Below, in pieces: positions 40,053 to 49,701 of a stretch of DNA of 64,000 nt. Under the pieces are notes generated by a model, which saw nothing but the letters and a program-made list of their open reading frames with translations, searched no databases and was not told where the DNA came from. The first letter of the stretch is position 1. Each line of letters begins with the position of its first letter. The stretch spans positions 1 through 64,000 of the forward strand of contig JBEKOM010000011.1 in NCBI GenBank assembly GCA_049521795.1, in the 5' to 3' direction. A program made the position numbers and the translations under genes. This DNA comes from Candidatus Bathyarchaeia archaeon. GTDB lineage: Archaea > Thermoproteota > Bathyarchaeia > Bathyarchaeales > Bathycorpusculaceae.

Positions 40053-40958
40053 ATGCCACATAGGCGCGGGAGGTCTCACGGACTTAGAAATGCGCTCATC
40101 GTCGCAGTAGTCCTGATGCTTATCCTTGGCATCGTAGTTGCGGCTTATCGGATGAGCGGCGGCGGACCGGCTAGTGCCAGTCCTCCCACGTTTTCGTATG
40201 TGTCGAGCAATTCAACGGTAGTAGGTTCATCATGTACCTTCAGTGCTCTATGGGCGGATAATGCGAACGTAAGCGGTTACATTTTCGAAACCAACAACAC
40301 TGGCGCATTCGTTAATGACACGTGGACACCGTTCTCCCGTTTCGTAGGTCCCACATCCAGCAATGCCACGGTTACCAAGACGTTGGATAACACGATCGGC
40401 GACGTCGTTCAATGGAGATTCTGGTGCAACGACACTGACAACAATTGGAACGCGGTTCCAACGCAGAGCTTTTTCGTTGACAAGGCGGTTCTTCTCGTGA
40501 CAAGCATGGGAAATATAACGATCGAACTCTACGATGACATGCCAATTACAACGGATAACTTCAAGAATCTAGTCGGCACTGGAGCGTATGATGGAACCCT
40601 CTTTAGCAGAGTTGCCTATGGTTTTGTGATCCAAGGCGGAGACACTACGCCCAAGGGCATAACGGTGCCTCCGATTCAGGATGAACTTCCTAACAAGCAC
40701 AGCAACGTGCGCGGAGCAGTGGCCATGGCCAAAACAAGCCAAGCCAACTCTGCAACGAGCCAGTTTTTCATAGACTTGAACGACGCCAACGCTGCCAGTT
40801 TGGACGGCAATTACACGGTCTTCGGCAACGTGATATCAGGCATGGACGTCGTCGACGCTATCGGCCAGGTGCCCATCACCCCCACGAATCCCCAGAACCC
40901 GACTGACGGCACGCCAAATCAGGACATAACCATCATATCAGCACAATTCACCCAATAA
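40053..40958 (+). CDS. Membrane-anchored cyclophilin-type peptidyl-prolyl isomerase
   Basis: N-terminal TM, extracellular beta domain, FVIQGGD, GAVAMA, SATSQFFI, YTVFG. Confidence 0.9.
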   Translation: MPHRRGRSHGLRNALIVAVVLMLILGIVVAAYRMSGGGPASASPPTFSYVSSNSTVVGSSCTFSALWADNANVSGYIFETNNTGAFVNDTWTPFSRFVGPTSSNATVTKTLDNTIGDVVQWRFWCNDTDNNWNAVPTQSFFVDKAVLLVTSMGNITIELYDDMPITTDNFKNLVGTGAYDGTLFSRVAYGFVIQGGDTTPKGITVPPIQDELPNKHSNVRGAVAMAKTSQANSATSQFFIDLNDANAASLDGNYTVFGNVISGMDVVDAIGQVPITPTNPQNPTDGTPNQDITIISAQFTQ

Positions 40959-41047
40959 CAAGCAAGACGGGCGCTCTAAATGGTATGCAATCATTCGTTC
41001 TCTGAGGGTCAAGTAATCAGAGTAGTGCGCCAGGAAGAAATGTTGAT

Positions 41048-41458
41048 CTAAACCAGTCGGTCCTTGTTGGTCGTCATCACGGAGAATTTTATCTGTTTCA
41101 CAGGCTTGTTTGCTTTCAGGCCGTCTACGAGGCTTTTCAGACGCTTAGGAGACCCTTTTACCACCATGACCTCCAGACAGCTGCTTTCCGTCAAGTGTGA
41201 ATGAAGGTATGCGGCGATCATGTCGCTGAACTCGTGCTGGAGCCTGAACAGTTCCTCGTTTTTTTCTGTTTTTTCATAGAGCACCGTTATCGTGGCCATT
41301 ATGTCTCCTTTGATTTCGTCGAGTTCTTTGTACTCTGAAATGTATGTCCGAAGAGCCTGTCTTATCACCTCAGACCTTGATGCGAATCTTTCTTCTCCAA
41401 GGATTGCATCTAGCTCTTTCAGCAGCTCCTCGGGTAATGATAGACTGATTATTCCCAA
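41048..41458 (-). CDS. nikR: NikR-family (CopG/RHH + ACT) metal-responsive regulator
   Basis: IISLSLPEELL...SRSEVIRQALR, LQH, HSH, CLEV; TTG start at 41458 after GAGG. Confidence 0.85.
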   Translation of the reverse strand: MGIISLSLPEELLKELDAILGEERFASRSEVIRQALRTYISEYKELDEIKGDIMATITVLYEKTEKNEELFRLQHEFSDMIAAYLHSHLTESSCLEVMVVKGSPKRLKSLVDGLKANKPVKQIKFSVMTTNKDRLV

Positions 41459-41676
41459 CGTCCTCGCCTCAGCATCATGCAGTGTATTAACGTGGTCTTT
41501 TTCTAATAAGACTGACTGGAGCAGCTTATGAATCGCCCGCGCGATAACGTTATCGAGATGGGACCCTCGCATGAGTCGTTGTGTTCAAGACGGCTTAGTC
41601 TCGTTTCCTTGAAGAGATGGTGGTGATGGCGGTACCAGTTTTTGGATGCGGGTTCTTACGAGTTGGTGTCGGGCTG

Positions 41677-42471
41677 CTATGAGGTAATTTTCTCGCGCCA
41701 TCTGATTACTATTACTACGGCGAAAATGGCAACTCCGGACACTACCACCAAGGGGCCGGGAAGCACGTTGAAGTAGCTTGACAGTAGTATGCCTGAAATT
41801 GAGGAGATGGCACCGAAAATGGCGCTTAATGCAAGGTATCTAGAGAGATTTGCGCTTACTGTTCTTGCTGCTGCAGCGGGAGTCACCACCAAGAAACCGA
41901 CGAGTAAAGTTCCAGTTATTCTTATTCCTATGGCCACAGTGAGGGAAACGAGTAACAGATACAGAAGATTCGTTCTAGCGATGTTGATGCCTTTTGAAAC
42001 CGCGAGTTCCTCGGAGATCAATCCCAAGACAATTTTCCTGTAGATGGCCCTTGTTAGTGCTACAACTGCAATTGAGATTACGATTGCAATTAACGCGTCT
42101 ATCCAGCCAACTTTGGTTATGTCGCCGAACAAAGCTTCCAGTAAGTCGGGTTGGGGGACGAGAAGTATTCCTATTGCCAGCGCCAGAGTAAATACTGCGC
42201 CCACGAGGGTTTCGAATGAAAGTTTCGTGACTCTCCCGAGATACCATATTAGGACTGCCGAGGTGAAAAGGAAGGCAAATGCGCCGACAAACGGGTTGAA
42301 ATGCAGCAAGATTCCTATTGCCAGTCCTGGTAGGGCTACGTGGGACAAAGCGTCGCCGACGAGGGCCATTTTTTCGAGTACCATTATGGATCCTAAGTAG
42401 CCCGCGGAAAGCCCAACTGCGATCCCCACAATCAGACTGAACAGTAGCGGCTCAACCATGGGGTTCACCAT
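41677..42471 (-). CDS. Metal (Zn/Mn) ABC transporter permease
   Basis: GDALSHVALPGLA, LFGDI, PAAAA. Confidence 0.9.
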   Translation of the reverse strand: MVNPMVEPLLFSLIVGIAVGLSAGYLGSIMVLEKMALVGDALSHVALPGLAIGILLHFNPFVGAFAFLFTSAVLIWYLGRVTKLSFETLVGAVFTLALAIGILLVPQPDLLEALFGDITKVGWIDALIAIVISIAVVALTRAIYRKIVLGLISEELAVSKGINIARTNLLYLLLVSLTVAIGIRITGTLLVGFLVVTPAAAARTVSANLSRYLALSAIFGAISSISGILLSSYFNVLPGPLVVVSGVAIFAVVIVIRWREKITS

Positions 42472-43153
42472 ATTCTCTGCAAACTGGCTCTCCGTAGATC
42501 AACTTCTGCGTATCCGGATTCATCACATCCTTGGATTTCCCGAAGAAAATCACGTGTCTGTTCAGGGCCAAGACATAATCCGAATATTCCCTGACTATGT
42601 GGAGGTCATGAGAAATCAGAAGGAGTGTAATCCCGTTTTCAGCCGTCATTTTTTTTAACATTCCATAAATGGCTTCTTCACCACCTAAGTCGATCCCGCT
42701 TGTAGGCTCGTCAAACAATAGAACATTGGGTTTGTCAATTATTGCCCAAGCGATCAAAACCCTTCGCAGTTGACCTCCTGACAAGGCATCGAGACTTTTT
42801 TCCAAGACAGTCTGACTATCCAGTCCGACAGAGGCAAGAGCGTTGCTAGCGTCCGAACCATCCTTGAATGACAAGAACTCCTTGACTGAAATCGGTATAT
42901 CGTGCACCGACAAAATCTGAGGCACGTATCCTACTTTGACCTTCCCGTTCCACTCGATCTTTCCCTTGTAGGGAATCAGACTTAGCAAAGCTCTAAACAG
43001 GGTCGTTTTGCCGGCGCCGTTTGGTCCGACTATCGACAAGGTTATGCCTTTCTTGATCGTGAAACTAACGTTCTCCAGAATTTTCTGGTTTGAAATCTCT
43101 AAGCTCAGGTCGGACACGTTTAGGAAATACTCATCAGTTACCATAAGAACCAA
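42452..43153 (-). CDS. Metal ABC transporter ATP-binding protein
   Basis: GPNGAGKT, GYVPQ, LSGGQ, LFDEP, SHDL. Confidence 0.93.
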   Translation of the reverse strand: MVLMVTDEYFLNVSDLSLEISNQKILENVSFTIKKGITLSIVGPNGAGKTTLFRALLSLIPYKGKIEWNGKVKVGYVPQILSVHDIPISVKEFLSFKDGSDASNALASVGLDSQTVLEKSLDALSGGQLRRVLIAWAIIDKPNVLLFDEPTSGIDLGGEEAIYGMLKKMTAENGITLLLISHDLHIVREYSDYVLALNRHVIFFGKSKDVMNPDTQKLIYGEPVCREYGEPHG

Positions 43154-43610
43154 TCCAATTCAAATTAGAATGTCTAGCCCCACCGCTGACGCCACCAGGG
43201 CGCGTCTATGAAGAAGCGCATATGTCATTTTGGACCATCCATGATCCGTGTAAACAAGGATATTATTAACTTTTGCGCAAAAGTTAATAATAATGTCGGC
43301 GGCCGGGGCAAAGGACCAATAATCATGCCGAGCCACTCAAGAAAGTGCACGCGTCGGAATGTTCCGTTGAAGCTTCAGCTTCAGCGCGTGAGGATTTCAA
43401 GGTGCTTTGCGGCCGGCCCGCTTTGGAATAGGGTGATAATGCTTCTACGTGGGGATGACTCGGAACCTAGCTTTTGTGGAAACAGTCTCGGATTTTCGGT
43501 CGAATTGGTCTGAGAACAAGCCGGCTGCACATTTGCCCGGAGAAGTGATGAAACGTCTCAAGTATTCCTGTTGGCACTGTGGATGAAAAGAAAAGGGGGA
43601 GGAGCTGGCT

Positions 43611-45428
43611 TTATTTGGCACTGATTCTCTGTGGACTCGTGATTGGCACAGAGGGCTTCTGCTTGCGGACGAGCGTTGCGTTAGCGATTCTTTTCAGTGC
43701 GTTCATGTAGGCTGCGATGCGCATGTTGACCTTGTGTTCTTCTGCAACTGCAAAGACTTCGTTGAATGCGTTGACTATGGTACTCTGCAGTTTGCTGCGT
43801 ACCTCTTCTTCAGACCAGTAGTAGTTCATTTGGTTCTGAACCTGTTCGAAGTAGCTCACGATTACGCCGCCTGAATTTGCCAGGATGTCTGGGATCACGA
43901 ACACGCCGTTTCTGAACAGTATTTCGTCCGCCTCAGGCGTCGTGGGCCCATTTGCTCCTTCGGACACTATCTTTGATTTGATCTTGCCTGCATTCGTCTC
44001 AGTGATCTGGTTTTCCATTGCCGCGGGCACAAGGATGTCACATTCTAACTCCAGAAGTTCCCCGTTGGTTAGGCTTTTGCAGTTCTCATAGTCGATGACA
44101 GTTCCTCTTTCGTTTTTGTATTCTGAGACTTTTGCTGGGTCTAACCCTTCTGGACTGTAGATCGCGCCTTTGGAATCAGAGATTGCCACGATTCTGCATC
44201 CAAGCTCATGGAGCAGTTTTGCTGCGTGGTAGCCCACGTTTCCGAACCCTTGAACGGCAACGGTTGCTCCTTTGAGCTCTATGTTCAAGTGTCTTGCAGC
44301 TTCGACGATGGTGTACATCACTCCTCTGGACGTTGCTTCGACTCTTCCAAGTGAACCGCCTATGCAAACTGGTTTCCCTGTGACAACGCCGAAAGCGTTG
44401 CATCCGACCATCTGACTATACTCATCCATTATCCATGCCATCGTTTGTGCGTCCGTGTAAACATCTGGTGCGGGCACATCAGAGTATGGACCGATGAATC
44501 TTGCCAACGCGCGTGTGTAACCTCTTGTTAGCCTTTCCAGCTCTCCAGAAGACATCTCTTTCGGGTTGCAGCGTATTCCTCCTTTGCCGCCGCCAAGAGG
44601 GAGTCCTACGACCGCCGTTTTCAACGTCATCCACGCAGACAGCGCTATGACCTCCTCAAGTGTCAGTTCAGGATGATATCTTATGCCGCCTTTTGTCGGA
44701 CCCAAAGTGTCGTTGTACTGCACACGGTAACCCGTGAACACTCGCATGCTTCCATCGTCCATCACAACCGGGACATTGACGATCATTGTTCTCATTGGAC
44801 GTTTGAGCATTTCGTGGATTCCCTCGTCCAGTTTCAGTTTTTCTCCCGCGATCTGCATCAGTTCCAGAACGGTTTTGTAGGGATTCGGCATCGTCGTTAT
44901 GGGCGAAAGCGTTTCCGTTCTGATCGACAAAGCCGTCTGAGTCTTCTCAACCAGGTTTCGGAAGTTTTCTCTAGCCAGTTCACCGTTTCCTTCAGAAGTT
45001 CCAAAGAACCACTTGTAAGCCTCTATCACTGATTCAGTTCTGCTTGCGACGAAGCCACTCGCAGATGTCATTCTGGGATTCGGAGAGAAGTAGTCGATGA
45101 GCACTCGAACCATGTTGACTTCGTCTCTGGACAGGGCAATCCATCTCTTAACCGGATAAGGCGCTTCCACGTGAACATATTCCGCTTCATTGATTTTTCT
45201 CTCAATTTCCTCAAGTATCTTCCAAGCGTCGGCTTCAGGAACGTCAAAGTTCTCCGAATACGTCGTTGTCAACGCATAATGAGCCGTAGAGTAGCTCTCA
45301 ATCTTTGCGGCCAGCTCAGGTTTTTCAGAGAGAAACTCCGCCATCAGTTTTATCATTCCAAGTTCTCGGCCTGAAAGTTCTATCGAGCTTAACATATCCT
45401 TTTCATCTCCCCATAGTCTCGATTTCAA
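43611..45428 (-). CDS. gdhA: Glu/Leu/Phe/Val (glutamate) dehydrogenase with ~180-aa N-terminal extension
   Basis: GPTKGGIRY, GGGKGG, DVPAPD, VQGFGNVG, EGANGP, PDILANSGG. Confidence 0.9.
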   Translation of the reverse strand: MKSRLWGDEKDMLSSIELSGRELGMIKLMAEFLSEKPELAAKIESYSTAHYALTTTYSENFDVPEADAWKILEEIERKINEAEYVHVEAPYPVKRWIALSRDEVNMVRVLIDYFSPNPRMTSASGFVASRTESVIEAYKWFFGTSEGNGELARENFRNLVEKTQTALSIRTETLSPITTMPNPYKTVLELMQIAGEKLKLDEGIHEMLKRPMRTMIVNVPVVMDDGSMRVFTGYRVQYNDTLGPTKGGIRYHPELTLEEVIALSAWMTLKTAVVGLPLGGGKGGIRCNPKEMSSGELERLTRGYTRALARFIGPYSDVPAPDVYTDAQTMAWIMDEYSQMVGCNAFGVVTGKPVCIGGSLGRVEATSRGVMYTIVEAARHLNIELKGATVAVQGFGNVGYHAAKLLHELGCRIVAISDSKGAIYSPEGLDPAKVSEYKNERGTVIDYENCKSLTNGELLELECDILVPAAMENQITETNAGKIKSKIVSEGANGPTTPEADEILFRNGVFVIPDILANSGGVIVSYFEQVQNQMNYYWSEEEVRSKLQSTIVNAFNEVFAVAEEHKVNMRIAAYMNALKRIANATLVRKQKPSVPITSPQRISAK

Positions 45429-45438
45429 AGCACATCGC

Positions 45439-45786
45439 TTAGCGCAATCCTCTGTCGACCGTTTTTATACCTTTGAAGCTCAGTGGAACCTCGGATACTT
45501 CCTCTTCAAACCTGAGCTCATACACATCTTTTGAACCACATTCTTGGCACTCTCTGGCTTTCAATCTGCACACTTGGCACGCTTCTGATTCCATTCCGAT
45601 TCGAAGGCACAGGTCTTCCTTTCCGTCTCTGTGGCCGATGACCATGCCTACAAACTCAGTCCAAGTTATTCCGCAGCTAGCGCACGCGAATCTTCGCTTT
45701 CTCAGCTCCTCACTTGAATCTCTGCTTTTCATTTCTTGAAATATCTGTTCTAGTTTCATTTTACTCTCCCAACATTTTAAGCACAT
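45439..45786 (-). CDS. Small Cys-rich (Zn-finger) protein
   Basis: CLKC, CASC, CQVC, CQEC; 10 bp upstream of gdh on the same strand. Confidence 0.7.
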   Translation of the reverse strand: MCLKCWESKMKLEQIFQEMKSRDSSEELRKRRFACASCGITWTEFVGMVIGHRDGKEDLCLRIGMESEACQVCRLKARECQECGSKDVYELRFEEEVSEVPLSFKGIKTVDRGLR

Positions 45787-45982
45787 TTGGCCCTATTTAT
45801 ACGTTTTGTCCGATTTCAACTTAAATATTCGCACATTTTAAGATAATCTCGCTATATAGTGCGGATAATGTCCCGCGATAATCGTTTTTCTTCTTGAGAC
45901 ATTCGACACTGTAAGATTTCAAGGGTCAAATCATAGGATTTAAAAGCTTTGAACGCCTATTTTTCGGTTAAGAGGATGTAAG

Positions 45983-46462
45983 TTGGCTTCCAAAACGAAG
46001 ATTGACGAAATTGACGTGAACGTCATTCGAGCTTTGCAGGAAGACGCGCGCACGAACTTTGCGGATATTGCCAAGGGTTGCAAGGTGTCTGTGGATACGA
46101 TAAGCAAGAGGTTTGGGAGGTTGAGGAGAACCGGTGTTGTCAGAGGAACAACGATACTGCTGAACCCTAAGAGCTTTGGCTGTGATTGTGTTGCGAGCTT
46201 CGGAATTCGCGTCGAGTATCCTCACGTAGAGGATGTCGTGGACTTTATCGAAAGGATGCCAGGGGTGGTTTTCTGCAGCCCATCTATGGGCAGACACAAC
46301 ATATTTGCAATAGCAGTGCTGGAAAACGTTGGCAGGTTGGGGCAACTGAAGGAGTCTATACAGGGACATCCCATGGTTAGGGAGGTGGCCACCAGCATAT
46401 GGGTCGATGAGATACTGTTGTGTCCAAAGAACTTTGAATTCGAACAGCTTAGGAAGAAGTGA
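45983..46462 (+). CDS. Lrp/AsnC family regulator
   Basis: IDEIDVNVIRALQEDART-FADIAK, GRHNI. Confidence 0.92.
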   Translation: MASKTKIDEIDVNVIRALQEDARTNFADIAKGCKVSVDTISKRFGRLRRTGVVRGTTILLNPKSFGCDCVASFGIRVEYPHVEDVVDFIERMPGVVFCSPSMGRHNIFAIAVLENVGRLGQLKESIQGHPMVREVATSIWVDEILLCPKNFEFEQLRKK

Positions 46463-46468
46463 CAAGGA

Positions 46469-46942
46469 TTGGACAAAACAGACCTTGCCATAATTGATAA
46501 GCTTACTGAGAATGCTCGCATGTCTTTCAGGAAGATTGCCAGGGAACTGGGTGTCTCACCTGATACGGTGGTGCACAGATACACTGCGCTGCAGAAAGAG
46601 GGAGCGATTCGCGGGTCCACGATCGTGATCGACCCCCAGAAGATTGGGTACCAAGCAATGGCCGTGTTTGTGATCGACACCTCGCCTACGCACATACTGC
46701 CGCGTCAAAACAATCCTCCTGATTCATCAATGATCTTGGACAGGCTCATTCATATGCCTAACATAATTGTGGCTGCGAAGAGTGTTGGAGACCACGATTT
46801 ACTCGCTATCAGCGTGGTGATGAGTTTCGAGCATTTGATCAAGGTGAGAGATGATATCGCCAGAATACCTGGAGTCAAAGACCTTCAGGTGTCTTTCTGG
46901 GTTAAGGATATGGAGATCTGCCCTAAATACTTCATTGTTTGA
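46469..46942 (+). CDS. Lrp/AsnC family regulator
   Basis: DKTDLAIIDKLTENARMSFRKIA, GDHDL. Confidence 0.92.
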   Translation: MDKTDLAIIDKLTENARMSFRKIARELGVSPDTVVHRYTALQKEGAIRGSTIVIDPQKIGYQAMAVFVIDTSPTHILPRQNNPPDSSMILDRLIHMPNIIVAAKSVGDHDLLAISVVMSFEHLIKVRDDIARIPGVKDLQVSFWVKDMEICPKYFIV

Positions 46943-47169
46943 CCGCGCCGCACGTTTTTATTCTACAATGCAGGAAAGCTCAGTGTTTCCCAACCATGAG
47001 CCTAAAAGATTATCTCCCGCGAGAGTCTAAGAGAAGAGACGATCGCTTCTCTGCAATGGTGGGGCTTCGGATGATTTTTGTACGGAAAATCTGTTCTCCA
47101 GCCATGAGAACAAAAAAAGTTCTGAAGAGGAATCAGAAGAACATCGGGATCAGTTACGTGACGAACGCG

Positions 47170-47697
47170 TTAGGACTTCTTTGTTGTCTCTTGTACGGCT
47201 TCTTGGAAGAGTTTCTTCACCGCTGTGATTCTTGCCTTCTGTGCCAGGACGTCGCTCGTGACGAGGTCTAGGGCTTCTTCTGGGCACCATTTGATGCATT
47301 GGGGCTCGCCTTTTTCTTTGCACAAGTCACAAATGTAGACTACTTTGTCGTCTGGATGCAGCATGACTGCGCCGTAGTCGCAGGCTTCGATGCACCATCC
47401 GCAGCCGTTGCACTTGTCTTTGTCCACGGATACGAGTCCTGTTTCTTCCGACTGAGTGAGCGCCTCTCTTGGGCATGCGGCAACGCAGGGCGGGTCTTCG
47501 CAGAGTCTGCAGGTGACTGCCATGTTTATCAGCTGGTTTATCCTGACGACGCGTATTCTGGATTTCAACGGGTTGAAGGCTTTTTCCTTAGTCCATGAGC
47601 AGATGTACTCGCACACTTGGCATCCTACGCACTTGTCTGGGTCTGCTGAAACGAATTTTCTATCATGAATCTTTACCATGGTTTTTCCTCCGGTCAC
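47170..47697 (-). CDS. 4Fe-4S dicluster protein (AOR small subunit)
   Basis: CVGCQVCEYIC, CRLCEDPPCVAACP, CNGCGWCIEAC, CDLC...CP. Confidence 0.93.
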   Translation of the reverse strand: MTGGKTMVKIHDRKFVSADPDKCVGCQVCEYICSWTKEKAFNPLKSRIRVVRINQLINMAVTCRLCEDPPCVAACPREALTQSEETGLVSVDKDKCNGCGWCIEACDYGAVMLHPDDKVVYICDLCKEKGEPQCIKWCPEEALDLVTSDVLAQKARITAVKKLFQEAVQETTKKS

Positions 47698-49541
47698 TTC
47701 TGAACTATGGGTGTTAGGTCTTCCATCCCAAGTTCCTTGAGCTTCTCCACTGTGGGTACTCCCTGCTTTGTCCAGCCTCGGGCTTCATAATAATCATCGA
47801 GAAGCAGGTCCAGCTCCGCTTGAGTGAAGACGGCTCCTTTTGACGGGCCCTCGTCGGGGATCGGCAAGTGCATAACCTTGTAAGGCAACGTGTCGTCCTT
47901 CCTGCCCAGTCCTTCTCTTATGTTGAACAGTCTGCCGAGGTTGTTTATCCTTTCACCAGCACGTCTGAGTTCTTCAGGCGTCATCGGGTAACCTGTGACG
48001 ACGCTGTAGAGTTTAGCCATGTCCTCCCATTCCTTGTAGTAAGTGCCCCTTGAGAACTTGCACACGACCAGTGAGTCGATGACTGCGTACGAGTCTTCCA
48101 TGCCCATCACCATCTTTCCCCTGCCCTTCTCAGCGATCAGTCGGTTGACTTTTCCCTTCACGTCGAACGCGTAGGCCCCGTGTCTGTTGTGGTCTGCTCC
48201 ACGGAACGAAACTGCGAAACCCAGCGCGGCCGTCTTCAGGCATCTCAGGTCGTAACCCGTTACTTCAACGCCTTTAATGTGTGCAGCCAGCTTCTCCGAG
48301 CCTTGGCCGATCTTTTCTGAGGCAACTTTGACCCCGTCGGCCAACACTTCGCCTATGCCCTCGCGTTTGCCTATCTTCTCGACGAGCTGAACCATCGCTT
48401 CATGGTTACCGAAGTGAGCGTCTATCCCGCCGAGGTCCTTGTCGGTCAGTATGCCCTTCTCGTAGCAGTCCATGGTGAAGCCCGCGATAACGCCGGCGCT
48501 GATCGCGTCTACTCCGTAGTAGTTTGAGAGTTCCATCCCCTTTATTATCGCGTCAAGGCGGTCCACACCGCAGAACGGACCTAGCGCCCACAAGGTCTCG
48601 TACTCCATACGCGTCATCGTGTTCTTGTACGGGCCCTCTGCGACGACGCACATGTGTTCACACCGCATCGCACAGGAACTGCATCCTATGATCTTCGCGA
48701 CGTACTTCTCGTTCAGGACCTCTCCGCTGATTTTCTCTGCACCCTCAAAAGATGCGTTGTTGTAGTTCCTCGTAGGCATGCAAGCCAAGGAGTTGTGAAC
48801 GAGAACATTCTCCGGAGTCCCCAACGTGCGGTACTTCTGCGCTGCGGGACCTTTCATCCTCTCGTGAAACTCTTTGACCATCTCCATAAACTCTTCAGGC
48901 TTAGCCACCGTGATGTCATGCGTGCCACGGGCAGCGATTGCCTTCAAGTTCTTTGACCCCATGATTGCGCCTAGTCCAGTTCTTCCACAGGCTCTGGTCT
49001 TATCGTTGATGATGCACGCGATGCGCGAGAGTTTCTCGCCGGCGACGCCTATCGCCGCGACGCGGATATAGTAGTCTCCCAACTCTTCTCTTATCGCGTC
49101 CTCTGTTTCAGCCGGCGACTTGCCCATCAATCGTGAAGCGTCCAGAAGCTGAACAGCGTCATCGTCAATCCACAAATAAACTGGTTTTTCAGCCTTGCCC
49201 TTGATTATTACGCCGTCGTATCCGGCTCTTTTCAACTCTGTCCCGAACGTGCCGTGAGCCTTGGACTCGCCGACGCCGTAGCTTGCTGGCGACTTTGAGA
49301 CGAAAGCGTGTCCGTTTCCGCCCGTGGGCCACATTGTGCCCGCTATCGACCCAGTCGTCAGGATGAGGGGGTTCTCCGGGCTGAACGGTTCCACTCCGGG
49401 TTTAGAGTTGTCTAACCACAGGCGCATGCCTAAGCCTATTCCGCCGATGTATTTCTTAGCGTACTCTTCGTTCAAAGGCTCAACATGGGTTTTTCCTGAG
49501 GTTAAGTCAATATGAAGCATTCGACCAGCGTATCCTAACAA
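47694..49541 (-). CDS. aor: Tungsten aldehyde:ferredoxin oxidoreductase family
   Basis: GYAGRML.IDL, GRTGLGAIMGSKNLKAI, CSSCAMRC, EYET, RGADH, YYEARGW. Confidence 0.93.
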   Translation of the reverse strand: MLGYAGRMLHIDLTSGKTHVEPLNEEYAKKYIGGIGLGMRLWLDNSKPGVEPFSPENPLILTTGSIAGTMWPTGGNGHAFVSKSPASYGVGESKAHGTFGTELKRAGYDGVIIKGKAEKPVYLWIDDDAVQLLDASRLMGKSPAETEDAIREELGDYYIRVAAIGVAGEKLSRIACIINDKTRACGRTGLGAIMGSKNLKAIAARGTHDITVAKPEEFMEMVKEFHERMKGPAAQKYRTLGTPENVLVHNSLACMPTRNYNNASFEGAEKISGEVLNEKYVAKIIGCSSCAMRCEHMCVVAEGPYKNTMTRMEYETLWALGPFCGVDRLDAIIKGMELSNYYGVDAISAGVIAGFTMDCYEKGILTDKDLGGIDAHFGNHEAMVQLVEKIGKREGIGEVLADGVKVASEKIGQGSEKLAAHIKGVEVTGYDLRCLKTAALGFAVSFRGADHNRHGAYAFDVKGKVNRLIAEKGRGKMVMGMEDSYAVIDSLVVCKFSRGTYYKEWEDMAKLYSVVTGYPMTPEELRRAGERINNLGRLFNIREGLGRKDDTLPYKVMHLPIPDEGPSKGAVFTQAELDLLLDDYYEARGWTKQGVPTVEKLKELGMEDLTPIVQK

Positions 49542-49701
49542 TGTTTCCTCCCCTTGCTGTTTGTAAAGGAACGATGCGCGGTTGATATTAATTTATCGAT
49601 TTGCAAACGAGAATCTCCATGGAGAGCAACTAGGGCAGGTGAGAAATGGGAAGGCACGTTGAAAAAACGCGTGTTGAGAAAGTCGCGAGGTTTTCGGGGC
49701 C

